Source of the DNA: Eledone cirrhosa
Lineage: Eukaryota
Length of the DNA: 35,488 nt
NCBI GenBank assembly: GCA_964016885.1
Contig: CAXHJY010000667.1
Location: forward strand, 1 to 35,488
Direction of reading: 5' to 3'
Position numbers and translations under genes: made by a program. The notes beneath the pieces are model-generated. The model did no database searches and was not told where the DNA came from. It was given only the letters and a program-made list of their open reading frames with translations. Of the stretch, positions 1-13,913 are shown piece after piece (the first letter of the stretch is position 1; each line of letters opens with the position of its first letter).

Positions 1-8
1 TCTTATAT

Positions 9-41
<33 letters not shown>

Positions 42-291
42 AATTGTCCTAATAACTTATTTTAGTTATTGTCGCACCAACGTGAGGTATATGATTTTTA
101 ATGCGATGAAATACCAATGATCGTTGGCAAATCACTGATGAGGGACTCATTTTATAACATGTAATCCATTTGCAACCATGCAGTATTCTTCTCCCCATAT
201 TTTTCATATATATAGTATATATATATATATAAGTGTGGATATGTGTAGATATAATCCCAGCTATAACTTTACAAAGAAATATATATATATG

Positions 292-354
292 TCAAGGGCG
301 GTGCCCCAGCATGGCCTCAGCCGGATGGCTGAAACAGGTAAAAGAGTAAAAGAG
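292..354 (+). mobile_element. Isolated 3' tail fragment of a SINE/LINE with (GTAAAAGA)n end
   Basis: GGCGGTGCCCCAGCATGGCCTCAGCCGGATGGCTGAAACAG followed by tandem GTAAAAGA GTAAAAGA, flanked by (TA)n; resembles, from memory, a common octopus repeat tail. Confidence 0.5.
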
Positions 355-484
355 TATATATACATAGATATGACTCCAGTTCCTCAGTGAAATAACAACC
401 CAACAAGGGACTGGGCATATCAGAGTATTGACAATATTATGCACCTCAACAGCATATGTACTTGTCTATACCACACTAATTCAA

Positions 485-539
485 ACTGCCTGAAGAGGTC
501 ACAGCCAAAGATGGCTGTCACTGAAATATATATAGCAGT
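485..539 (+). ncRNA. Type I hammerhead ribozyme motif
   Basis: Stem I ACTGC(485-489)/GCAGT(535-539); core CTGAAGA(490-496); stem II GGTCACAGCCA-AAGA-TGGCTGTCACT (one C-C mismatch); GAAA(523-526); palindromic stem III ATATATAT; AUA cleavage triplet; AATAAA directly downstream. Confidence 0.85.
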
Positions 540-603
540 AATAAACGAAGCTAAATTTTAATCATTTGACTTTATTTTAACTTTATTTTATATATCTATC
601 TAT

Positions 604-906
604 CTAAGGCGGGTAAAATTCCCGAGATCCATGGACGAGTTCTCTCCAGCGGTCTCTGTCCCTCATTATCGCTGCCATATCCTGCATCTCCAACTGACCA
701 GTGTCTGTCCTTAGGTCATCAACGTATGTTAACCTTGGTCTTCCTCTTCTAGTGTGTCCATGTAGGGGCTCCCAAAGGAGCACTGAGTGCAATGTCAACT
801 CTGGATGTCGGTGAGCATGTCCAGCCAACCTCAGTCTCCTCTGTGTCACTTTTGAGCTGACTTTTGGGATGCTCCCATACAGCTCTGAGTTTTTCATCCT
901 CATTTT
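604..906 (-). mobile_element. 5'-truncated RTE-type non-LTR retrotransposon, 3' end of RT ORF
   Basis: Minus-strand translation [35 protein letters not shown]...[23 protein letters not shown]...MRDRDRWR matches the RL.WAGH..R / RGRP..W / DR..WR pattern of RTE-group C-termini; (TAGA)n tail at ~596-606; near-identical family member at 34822-35488. Confidence 0.85.
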
Positions 907-936
907 ATATATATACATATATATATATATACATAC

Positions 937-1003
<67 letters not shown>

Positions 1004-1008
1004 CATAC

Positions 1009-1045
<37 letters not shown>

Positions 1046-1050
1046 CATAC

Positions 1051-1137
<87 letters not shown>

Positions 1138-1138
1138 C

Positions 1139-1229
<91 letters not shown>

Positions 1230-1230
1230 C

Positions 1231-1281
<51 letters not shown>

Positions 1282-1324
1282 CAAATATATATATATACAT
1301 ATATATACATATATATATATATAC

Positions 1325-1377
<53 letters not shown>

Positions 1378-1444
1378 CATATATATATTATATACATATA
1401 TATACTATATATATATATGTTCACACACATATATATATATATGT

Positions 1445-1481
<37 letters not shown>

Positions 1482-1520
1482 CATATACATACATATATCT
1501 ACATACATTATATATATATA

Positions 1521-1561
<41 letters not shown>

Positions 1562-1678
1562 TATATATATATATATATACATACTTATATATATATATAC
1601 ATATACGTATATATGTATATACATACATACCTCCACACTCACACACACACACACATACACACACACACACATACACAC
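907..1678. repeat. Interrupted (TA)n/(TACA) microsatellite grading into (CA)n
   Basis: Direct inspection. Confidence 0.95.
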
Positions 1679-1738
1679 AGTCATACAATAATCACTAGAC
1701 TGTGACATACATACAAGCGTAACACTGATTTCTCTTAC

Positions 1739-1768
1739 TTTTCTTTTGTCCAAATTGAAAGCGGCCAT
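1739..1768 (-). CDS. Candidate first coding exon (MAAFNLDKRK) of an unknown minus-strand gene
   Basis: caatATGGCCGCT start context and a strong phase-0 donor AAA|GTAAGA in a unique-sequence island; no homology evidence. Confidence 0.25.
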
Positions 1769-2099
1769 ATTGCATTTCTTTCAAATTTGTTCTATATATT
1801 TCATCTTATATTTTTCTATATTTTAACGGCCCCTTCTTCACTAAAATCCCTTCCCTGCCTTTTCTTTCTTGTATTTTTCCTGCCCTTATGTTTAATATGG
1901 TCCAAATAAAGGAAAAAATAAATTGAAAAAAAAAAATAGAATGTATATAGGGTCCATTTTTTTTATATTTTCTTTCTTACTAATGTAGGATGTGAATTGA
2001 GATTTTGTTGTTGCTATTGTTGTTGTTGTTTGACTAAAAGCATTATTAACAACAACAACAACAAGAACAAGAACCATAATAATAATAATAATAATAATA

Positions 2100-2185
2100 A
2101 TGATTTCATTTATTGGCCACAAGGGCCGACATATAGGGGCCAATACAAAAGACTGGGACAGTGGGGTTTTACAGAAAAATCGAGT
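2100..2185 (-). mobile_element. 3' UTR tail of L1/Tx1-like LINE
   Basis: Minus strand GCCCTTGTGGCCAATAAATGAAAT + (TTA)n; same terminal motif as 3007-3028 and ~28182-28205. Confidence 0.6.
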
Positions 2186-2242
2186 AAACAATATGAATAA
2201 CAATAACAAAGTAACAATAAAAATACAACAAGAAAAATTCCC

Positions 2243-2276
<34 letters not shown>

Positions 2277-2458
2277 TTTCAGTCTTTATCATTTTTTTTC
2301 CATTTTTTTTTTCAATAAGTAAAAACGTAAAGAAACAATAATATTAATTATTACTCAACAAAAACAACAAACAAACAATAATATCAACAACAGCAACAAC
2401 AACAACAACAGTAGTAATATCTATATAAAATAACGATTAAATACAGAAATCCATAACC

Positions 2459-2496
<38 letters not shown>

Positions 2497-2497
2497 A

Positions 2498-2651
2498 GGC
2501 GGTGGATTGGCAGTATCGGTAGAGGGTCGGACGCCATGCTTTGACGCAGTGAGTTACGAGGTTAACTTTGCCTTTCATCCTTACGGGGTCGATAAAATAA
2601 AGTACCAGTAATGCAGTGGGGTAATTGCTGGCCTTGTGCCAAAAGTAGAAA
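2498..2651 (+). mobile_element. tRNA-derived SINE family 1, internally deleted copy
   Basis: A-box-like TGGCAGTATCGGTAG; body CTTTGCCTTTCATCCTTACGGGGTCGATAAAATAAAGTACCAG; (TAA)n tail; B-box segment missing relative to other copies. Confidence 0.85.
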
Positions 2652-2693
2652 TAATAATAATAATAATAATAATAATAATTATTATTATTATTA

Positions 2694-3030
2694 AAGACAA
2701 ACACTTTCCTCTTCGGCGAAACCCTGATTAAATTTTTCAAGTTTCACTTGAAGAGGAAAATCAGGGTGGAGAGGCAAGTGGTGCCCTCTAGCAAGTTTGT
2801 TGAAAGGTGGGTGACTGTAGCGAGAATGGTCCCAGTGAACGGGACCGCTCTGAATATACGCCTGTAGTTTGAGAAATGTACCGTCCTGTACCGCCCTGTA
2901 CCGCCCTGTACCGTCCTGTACCGTCGTGTACAGTCTTGTACCGTCCTGTACCGTCCTGTACCGTCATGTGCCGTCCTGTACCGTCTGTAATGTTATCTTG
3001 ATGTCAGCCCTTGTGGCCAATAAAGAACTC
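2694..3030 (+). mobile_element. L1/Tx1-like LINE 3' fragment (ORF2 C-terminus + 3' UTR)
   Basis: 2694-2867 translates KTNTFLFGETLIKFFKFHLKRKIRVERQVVPSSKFVERWVTVARMVPVNGTALNIRL*, clearly homologous to the end of the 27.5-27.9 kb fragment; ends GCCCTTGTGGCCAATAAAGAA. Confidence 0.75.
2877..2988. repeat. 10-bp minisatellite (TGTACCGTCC)n, ~11 units, within the LINE 3' UTR
   Basis: Direct inspection. Confidence 0.9.
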
Positions 3031-3051
3031 ATTATTATTATTACTATACAA

Positions 3052-3282
3052 GGCGGTAGATTGGCAGTATCGGTAGAGGGGCGGACGCCATGCTAGGGTG
3101 GTGGATTGGCAGTATCGGTAGAGGGGCGGACGCCATGCTTTGCAGCATAGTTACGTCCCTTTACGATCTGAGTTCAAATCCCGCCGAGTTTGACTTTGCC
3201 TTTCATCCTTATGGGGTCGATAAAATAAAGTACCAGTAATGTACTGGGGTAATTGCTGGCCTTGTGCCTAAAGTAGAAGCAA
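3052..3282 (+). mobile_element. tRNA-derived SINE family 1 with duplicated ~44-bp head
   Basis: Head GG(C/T)GGT(A/G)GATTGGCAGTATCGGTAGAGGGGCGGACGCCATGCT twice (3052, ~3097); B box GAGTTCAAATCCC; conserved body and tail. Confidence 0.9.
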
Positions 3283-3329
3283 TTATTATTATTGATTTAT
3301 CGTTATTGATATTGTTGTTGTTGTTATTA

Positions 3330-3502
3330 GGGTGGTGGGTTAATTGAAATCGGTAGAGCGTCGGATAACATGCTTTGTGGCATAGAGTTACGACCCCTCA
3401 CGTTCTGAGTTCAAATCCCGCAGACGTTAACTTCATCTTTCATCTTTACGGGGGTCGATAAAGTAAAGTACCAGTAATACAATGGGGGTTTATTTATCGA
3501 CT
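3330..3502 (+). mobile_element. tRNA-derived SINE family 1, diverged and 3'-truncated
   Basis: ATCGGTAGAGCG...GAGTTCAAATCCCG...GGGGTCGATAAAGTAAAGTACCAGTAATAC. Confidence 0.85.
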
Positions 3503-3780
3503 TTTTCTCTCTCTCTCTCTTTAAATCTGTTTAAAGCCATTTGTATTGTCGTTATTGTTGTTGATGTTGGTGTTGTTACTGTTGTTGATGTTGTTACTGT
3601 TGTTGATGTTGTTACTGTTGTTGATGTTGGTGTTGTTATTGTTGTTGTTATGGAATGTCTCAATCTTTAATTTCAACCAACAACAACATCAAGAAGAATA
3701 ATGACAACAACAACAACAACACAACCAGAAATGACAATATTAAATGAAGGAATTGTTTTGGGCCGTCGATATTTACACAC

Positions 3781-4793
<1,013 letters not shown>

Positions 4794-5019
4794 CGATATT
4801 AAACAAATGGAAACTATATTTATAAAACCATATTTATTTCATTATACATATTTCGGGGATACCATATTAAAAATATGGCATGCCTTCTTCAGATAAAATA
4901 CAATATATAAACAGTTTTATAAATAATTTTGACGTACCATAAATATTGAGCAACCGTTATGTAGGATGCCGGTTTGGTAGTGAGATGTTTATAAATATTT
5001 AGTGTTAAGCACAGTTAAA
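4794..5019 (-). mobile_element. HHR-bearing short element, family A (single arm)
   Basis: Shares GAAATATGTATAATGAAATAAATATGGTTTTATAAATATAGTTTCCATTTG with 17360, 22652, 23125 and 33444 copies; flanked by (TA)n; HHR at 4835-4900 (minus: TATTTTAT-CTGAAGA-stem II-GAAA-TATGTA-TA-ATGAAATA). Confidence 0.8.
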
Positions 5020-5027
5020 ATATATAC

Positions 5028-5072
<45 letters not shown>

Positions 5073-5089
5073 TATATATATATATATAT

Positions 5090-5124
<35 letters not shown>

Positions 5125-5141
5125 TATATATATATATATAT

Positions 5142-5199
<58 letters not shown>

Positions 5200-5219
5200 T
5201 TATATATATATATATACAA

Positions 5220-5259
<40 letters not shown>

Positions 5260-5261
5260 AT

Positions 5262-5298
<37 letters not shown>

Positions 5299-5530
5299 GC
5301 TTTTATATTTAATTTCATTTGCATCGTTTCCTCTCACCCTCTTTTTTCTATATGTCTCTCCACCACTCCCCTACACACCCGTGGAACTCTCTTCCCACAC
5401 ACTTTTCACCTGAAGAAGGGCTTAGCCCGAAACGTCGTTCCCCACCACCACCCCACTCTCAAGGGCGTGAAACTAATAAACCTTTGTTCGTATTGCCTCT
5501 TTGTTTTGTTCACGTTCAATTTTTTACTAT
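5299..5530 (+). mobile_element. HHR-bearing short element, family F
   Basis: Minimal HHR 5408-5438 CTGAAGA-A-GGGC-TTA-GCCC-GAAACGTC (weak stem I); downstream GCGTGAAACTAATA motif shared with the 18.2 kb and 34.4 kb copies; (TA)n on both sides. Confidence 0.7.
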
Positions 5531-5591
5531 ATATATTTATATATATATATATATATATATAAGATCAAAAGATGGTTAAATGAGTTCCATG

Positions 5592-5662
5592 CATTTTATT
5601 ATGCGCATTTCAAAAACAAATATCATCATGCAATAACATTTGCGTTTTCATCAGATAAAATA
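5592..5662 (-). ncRNA. Type I hammerhead ribozyme motif (family B, left arm)
   Basis: Near-exact reverse complement of the 5752-5822 motif with intact CTGATGA and GAAA. Confidence 0.8.
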
Positions 5663-5751
5663 GGAGGAAATGATATGAAGGTTAAAAAACACTTCTGGAT
5701 AGTGCAGTTTTAAATCAATAAGTGTTTTTTAACCTTCATATCATGTCCTCC

Positions 5752-5822
5752 TATTTTATCTGATGAAAACACAAATGTTATTGCATGATGATATTTGTTT
5801 TTGAAATGCGCATAATAAAATA
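5752..5822 (+). ncRNA. Type I hammerhead ribozyme motif (family B, right arm)
   Basis: Stem I TATTTTAT/ATAAAATA (8 bp); CTGATGA 5760-5766; long stem II ACAAATGTTATT...GATGATATTTGT; GAAA 5803-5806; palindromic stem III ATGCGCAT; AUA triplet. Confidence 0.85.
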
Positions 5823-5948
5823 CATGGAACTCATTTAACCATCTTTTGATCTTATATATTATGTATACTCCAGTCCTACAAACTGTAGAGTGCTTCTTAT
5901 CCGATATCTGCATTGCTTTATTGTACTACAATAAAACTCACCTCCTAC

Positions 5949-5989
<41 letters not shown>

Positions 5990-6007
5990 GATATGTATAA
6001 ATATTTA

Positions 6008-6047
<40 letters not shown>

Positions 6048-6213
6048 TATATTTATGCATATATATAATATATATATATATAATTATATATTTATGCATA
6101 TATATAATATATATATATATATGATTATATATTTATATATATACACATACATATATAATGTGTATCTGTATATATATATATATAAAATATACTATATATA
6201 TATTTCCTTGTAA

Positions 6214-6342
<129 letters not shown>

Positions 6343-6343
6343 G

Positions 6344-6385
<42 letters not shown>

Positions 6386-6395
6386 CATATATATG

Positions 6396-6468
<73 letters not shown>

Positions 6469-6469
6469 G

Positions 6470-6503
<34 letters not shown>

Positions 6504-6530
6504 CATATATATATATACATATATATATAC

Positions 6531-6576
<46 letters not shown>

Positions 6577-6590
6577 ACATATATATATAC

Positions 6591-6638
<48 letters not shown>

Positions 6639-6684
6639 ATATATACATAAATATATATACATATATATAAACATATATACATAA

Positions 6685-6731
<47 letters not shown>

Positions 6732-6899
6732 TATATTACAAGGAAACACCGGAAATAAGAATCAGAAATATTACTTATAACAAACAATAACAACAACAAC
6801 AGCAGCAGCAGCAGCAGCAGTAGCAGCAGCAATATTGATATCAGTTTCTTTAAATAATGAAATCATATAAAAAGTAAATAATTATTTATTTTTATGACA

Positions 6900-7620
6900 T
6901 CGTGGGCGAGGAGGTTGGAATGAAGTGGTGTAGGCGGGGTGGTGGGGTGTTGTGGGGTGTGGTGCTGTGGTGGTGTGGTGTGGTGGTGTGGTGGGGTGGT
7001 GTTGTGGGGGTGATGTGTTGTGGGGTGGTGTGGTGGTGTGGTGTGGTGTGGGGTGGTGTGGTGTGGTGTGCTGTGTTGTGTGGTGGTGTGGTGGTGTGGT
7101 GTGGTGTGTTGTGTGGTGGTGTGGTGCGGTGGGGTATGGTGGGGTGGTGTTGTGGTGGTGATGTGTTGTGGTGTGGTGTGGTGTTGTGGGGGTGATGTGT
7201 TGTGTGGTGGTGTGGTGTGTTGTGCGGTGGTGTGGTGCGATGGAGCATGGTGGGGTGGTGTTGTGGGGGTGATGTGTCGTGGGGTGGTGTTGTGGGGATG
7301 ATGTGTTGTGGGGTGGTGTGGTGGTGTGGTGGGTTGTGTGGTGGTGTGGTGCGGTGGTGGTATGGTGGGGTGGTGTTGTGGGGGTGATGTGATGGCGTGC
7401 TGGGGTGGTGTTGTGGGGGGGTGATGTGATAGCGTGGTGTGGTGGTGTGATGTAGTGGTGTGGTGTGATGGGGGTGATACACAGTGTCGTCGTGGTGTGG
7501 GATGATGTAGGCGGGTGGACTGGTGGGGTCATGTAGAGTGGCGTGAAGAAGGCGGGTGGTGGGATGGAGGTGAGTGGGGTGTGATGTGATGGTGGCGTGT
7601 GGAAAGGCGGCGTGGTGTTT
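6900..7620. repeat. G/T-rich degenerate (GGTGT/GGT)n low-complexity tract
   Basis: Direct inspection; strongly G-skewed plus strand. Confidence 0.9.
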
Positions 7621-7714
7621 TGATCAGAATCCTGGTGTGTTCCGTACTTAAAAGAACAAACATTTTCTAAAGAAATATTACTCAGTCCGACATATTTATA
7701 TAAGTCTGTATCTG

Positions 7715-9610
<1,896 letters not shown>

Positions 9611-9730
9611 AAAAGGTTCATGATGGAACAAATTTGTGCAGAAAAATGTATATATTCTTTACAGATTTCATGAAAAGAAATTATTTTGTTACAACTCCAA
9701 CAGCAACAACAACAATAAAAAATAAAAATA

Positions 9731-9771
<41 letters not shown>

Positions 9772-9921
9772 TAATAATAATTCTGATTTCCTTATTGGCC
9801 ACTAGGGCCTCTAATGACGATGACTTTTATTTTTAGTAATCTTGTACCTTACACAATGTATATACAATCTTATATGAAAGTTTAATATCGTTAACATTAT
9901 TTATTTTATATGTATGTATGT

Positions 9922-9970
<49 letters not shown>

Positions 9971-10103
9971 TATATATATATATACACATTATGTATATTA
10001 TATATATAAATATATATTATATATATATAAATATATATTGTATATGTATATATACATATATTTATATGTACGTGTATAAGCACACAGCCTCGCCTCCTAT
10101 CCC

Positions 10104-10169
<66 letters not shown>

Positions 10170-10199
10170 TACGTGAACATACGGTAACAAATAACACGA

Positions 10200-10858
10200 C
10201 ACCAATAACACAAAAATAACAATAGCACAACACAACAACCAACAACAACAACAGCAGCCCAACAAACACAACCAACAACACCACCACCACAACCAACAAC
10301 CACAACCACAACAACCACAACACAACAACCACAAAGAACAACACCACCACCACAACCAACAACCACAACAACAACAGCACAACAACCACAAACAACAACA
10401 CCACCACCACAACCAACAACCACAAGCACAACAACCACAAACAACAACACAACCACCACAACCAACAACCACAACCACAACCACAACAACAGCACAACAA
10501 CACCACCACCACAACCAACAACCACACCAACAACAACAACAGCACAACAACCACAACCACAACCAACAACAACACAACAACAACAACAACAACACAACAA
10601 CCATAACAACAGCACAACAACCACAACCAACAACAACACAACAACAACAACAACAACACAACAACCATAACAACAGCACAACAACCACAACAACAACAAC
10701 AATGAGACTACATGTTTGAAGAAGAAGGCAAAGAAGAAGAAGAAGAAAAAGAAGAAGAAGAAGAAAAAGAAAAAGAAGAAGAAAAAGAAAAAGAAAAAGA
10801 AAAAGAAAAAGAAAAAGAAAAAGAAAAAGAAGCAGAAGAAGAAGAAGAAGAAGAAGGC
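10200..10858. repeat. (CAA/CAC)n degenerate tract followed by (GAA)n/(GAAAAA)n tract
   Basis: Direct inspection. Confidence 0.9.
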
Positions 10859-10944
10859 AAGGGAACAATCGCCCTTTGGTGATTGAGATGTGAAGGTGCC
10901 AAATCTGGCTGCTTGGACCTGAGAGAAACTTTGCCAAAAGTGTG

Positions 10945-12500
10945 AGGTGTGGTGTGGTGGTGGTGTGTTGGTGGTGTGGTGGTGTGGTGGTGGTGTTTGT
11001 GGCTTGAAGTGGTGGTGGTGGTGTGTGATGTGTGGTGTGGTGTGGTGTGATGGTGTGAAGACCTGAGTCGATGGTGGTGTGGTGGTGGTGTGGTGTTTGT
11101 GGGTTGAAGTGGTGGTGGTGGTGTGTGATGTGTGGTGTGGTGGTGTGGTGTGGTGGTGTGAAGACCTGAGTCGATGGTGGTGTGGTGGTGGTGTGGTGGT
11201 GGTGTGGTGGTGGTGGTGTGGTGTTTGTGGGTTGACGTGGTGGTGGTGGTGTGTGATGTGTGGTGTGGTGTGGTGTGAAGACCTGAGTCGATGGTGGTGT
11301 GGTGCTGGTGTGGTGGTGGTGTGTTGGTGGTGTGTGATGTGTGGTGTGGTGTGCTGTGATGGTGTGAAGACCTGAGTCGATGGTGGTGTGGTGGTGGTGT
11401 GGTGTTTGTGGGTTGAAGTGGTAGTGGTGGTGTGTGATGTGTGGTGTGGTGGTGTGGTGTGGTGGTGTGAAGACCTGAGTCGATGGTGGTGTGGTGCTGG
11501 TGTGGTGGTGGTGTGTTGGTGGTGTGGTGGTGTGGTGGTGGTGTGGTGTTTGTGGGTTGAAGTGGTGGTGGTGGTGTGTGATGTGTGGTGTGGTGTGGTG
11601 TGGTGTGAAGACCTGAGTCGATGGTGGTGTGGTGGTGGTGTGTTGGTGGTGTGGTGGTGTGGTGGTGGTGTGGTTCTTTGTGGGTTGAAGTGGTGGTGGT
11701 GAGGTGTGATGTGTGGTGTGGTGTGGTGTGATGGTGTGAAGACCTGAGTCGATGGTGGTGTGGTGGTGGTGTGGTGTTTGTGGGTTGAAGTGGTGGTGGT
11801 GGTGTGTGATGTGTGGTGTGGTGGTGTGGTGTGGTGGTGTGAAGACATGAGTCGATGGTGGTGTGGTGCTGGTGTGGTGGTGGTGTGTTGGTGGTGTGGT
11901 GGTGTGGTGGTGGTGTGGTTCTTTGTGGGTTGAAGTGGTGGTGGTTGTGTGTGATGTGTGGTGTGGTGTGGTGTGATGGTGTGAAGACCTGAGTCGATGG
12001 TGGTGTGGTGCTGGTGTGTTGGTGGCGTGGTGTGGTGTGGTGGTCTGGTGTGGTGTTTGTGGGTAGAAGTGGTGGTGGTGGTGTGTTGGTGGTGTGGTGG
12101 TGTGGTGGTGGTGTGGTTCTTTGTGGGTTGAAGTGGTGGTGGTTGTGTGTGATGTGTGGTGTGGTGTGGTGTGATGGTGTGAAGACCTGAGTCGATGGTG
12201 GTGTGGTGCTGGTGTGTTGGTGGCGTGGTGTGGTGTGGTGGTCTGGTGTGGTGTTTGTGGGTAGAAGTGGTGGTGGTGGTGTGTGTGGTGTGGTGGTGGT
12301 GGTGTTTGTGGGTTGAAGTGGTGGTGGTTTGAAGACCTGAACCGATGGTGGTGGTGGTGGTGTTGTTTGTGTGGTGTGGTGGTGGTGGTGTGGTGGTGGT
12401 GGTCTGGAGACCTTAAACGATGGTGGTGGTGGTGTCTGCGTGATGTGTGTGTTGGTTTGTGGTGGCGTTGTGGTGTTGTTTGTGTGGTGTAATGGCGATG
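10945..12500. repeat. Complex G-rich minisatellite with anchors GAAGACCTGAGTCGATGG and TTTGTGGGTTGAAG
   Basis: About 12 anchor copies (11057, 11160, 11277, 11367, 11469, 11607, 11738, 11841, 11983, 12181; degenerate at 12331 and ~12407) separated by variable (GGT/GGTGT)n. Confidence 0.9.
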
Positions 12501-12532
12501 TGGTGTTGATTGCGGAGTGTGTTGATGATATT

Positions 12533-12535
<3 letters not shown>

Positions 12536-12575
<40 letters not shown>

Positions 12576-12625
12576 TCTGAAAACGTGTGTCTTTGTGCTG
12601 TATGTGGTGTGGTGTTGATATACAC

Positions 12626-12691
<66 letters not shown>

Positions 12692-12969
12692 TCTGAAAAC
12701 GTGTGTCTTTGTGCTGTATGTGGTGTGGTGTTGATATACACATATATATATATATGTGTGTGTGTGTGTGTACACGTGTGGGGTGGCCTAAAGATGTGCG
12801 GGCCTGTTTTTTTGGGGTGTGCGTGTATGTGTGTATGTGGTGGCTTAAAAAAATGTGTGGTTGTGTTGCTTGCATGTGTATGTGTGTGTGTGTGTGTGTA
12901 TGTATGTGTGTGTGTGTGTATGTGTGTGTGTGTCTGTATGTGTGTGTGTGTGTATGTTTATATATGTGT

Positions 12970-13003
<34 letters not shown>

Positions 13004-13482
13004 CTGTATGTGTGTGTGTGTGTATGTTTATATATGTGTGTGTCTGTGTGTGTGTGTGTGTATGTGTATCTGTTTCTCTGTGTGTGTGTGTTTCTGTTTG
13101 TGTGCGTGTCTCTGTTTGCCTGTGTGTGTGTCTGTTTATGTGTGTGTGTGTGTGTATGTGTGTCTGTGTGAGTGTGTGTGTGCGTGTGTATGTGTGTCTG
13201 TGTGTGTGTCTGTGTGTGTCTCTGTGTGTGTGTGTGTGTCCGTTTCTCTGTGTGTATGTGTGTTTGTGTGTGTGTCTGTGTATGTGTGTGTGTCCATGTG
13301 TATGTATGTGTATGTGTGTGTGTGTGTGTGTATGTGTGCCTGTTTCTCTGTGTGTGTGTGTCTCTGTTTGTGTGCGTGTGTCTGTGTGCCTGTGTGTGTG
13401 TCTGTTTATGTGTGTGTGTCTGTGTGTGTCTGTGTCTGTGTGTGTCTATGTGTGTGTGTATGTGTCTGTCTGTGTGTGTGTC

Positions 13483-13524
<42 letters not shown>

Positions 13525-13815
13525 TGTGTGTATGTGTCTGTGTGTGTCTATGTGCGTGTGTGTATGTGTCTGTGTCTGTCTGTGTGTGTGTCCATGTGTC
13601 TGTGTGTGTGTGTCTGTGTGCGTGTGTCTGTGTGTCTGTGTGTGTGTCTGTGTGTGCCTATGTGTGTGTGTGTCTGTGTGTGTTTATGTGTGTGTGTGTA
13701 TGTGTCTGTCTGTGTGTGTGCCTGTGTGTGTGTCTGTGTGTCTGTGTGTGTGTATGTGTCTGTATGTGTGTGTGTCCATGTGTATGTGTGTGTATCTGTG
13801 TGTCTGTGTGTGTGT
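12536..13815. repeat. (GT)n degenerate tract including a ~116-bp tandem duplication
   Basis: GGTCTGAAAACGTGTGTCTTTGTGCTGTATGTGG occurs at 12574 and 12690. Confidence 0.9.
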
Positions 13816-13913
13816 TGTACATACGTGGTGGTCTGGTTACAAGGAGAAGGGGGTGGAAGCAGTTTATATCTAGAACATATGGGTGGTGTCGTTATTATTA
13901 TCTACCGCTAGAG

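Larger units (their letters stand above)
5561..5949. mobile_element. Family B fold-back palindromic element with two HHRs
   Basis: Inverted arms 5561-5694 / 5720-5853 plus right-hand tail to 5949; flanked by (TA)n; second copy at 21200-21481. Confidence 0.85.

Noticed and set aside
3097-3185. tRNA gene from A/B boxes (also 23930-23996, 28931-29020)
   Set aside because: No clean cloverleaf; always followed by the same SINE body and simple-repeat tail, so these are SINE heads.
10945-12500. CRISPR-like alternation of a constant 18-mer with spacers
   Set aside because: Spacers are low-complexity GGT repeats similar to each other and very variable in length; context is eukaryotic with no cas genes.
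10062-12875. 937-aa His/Thr/Pro-rich minus-strand ORF
   Set aside because: The repeat anchor is read in all three frames within the ORF (HRLRSSH, PSTQVFT, TIDSGLH), so frame is not preserved; CAC/ACC/CCA repeats are stop-free by composition.
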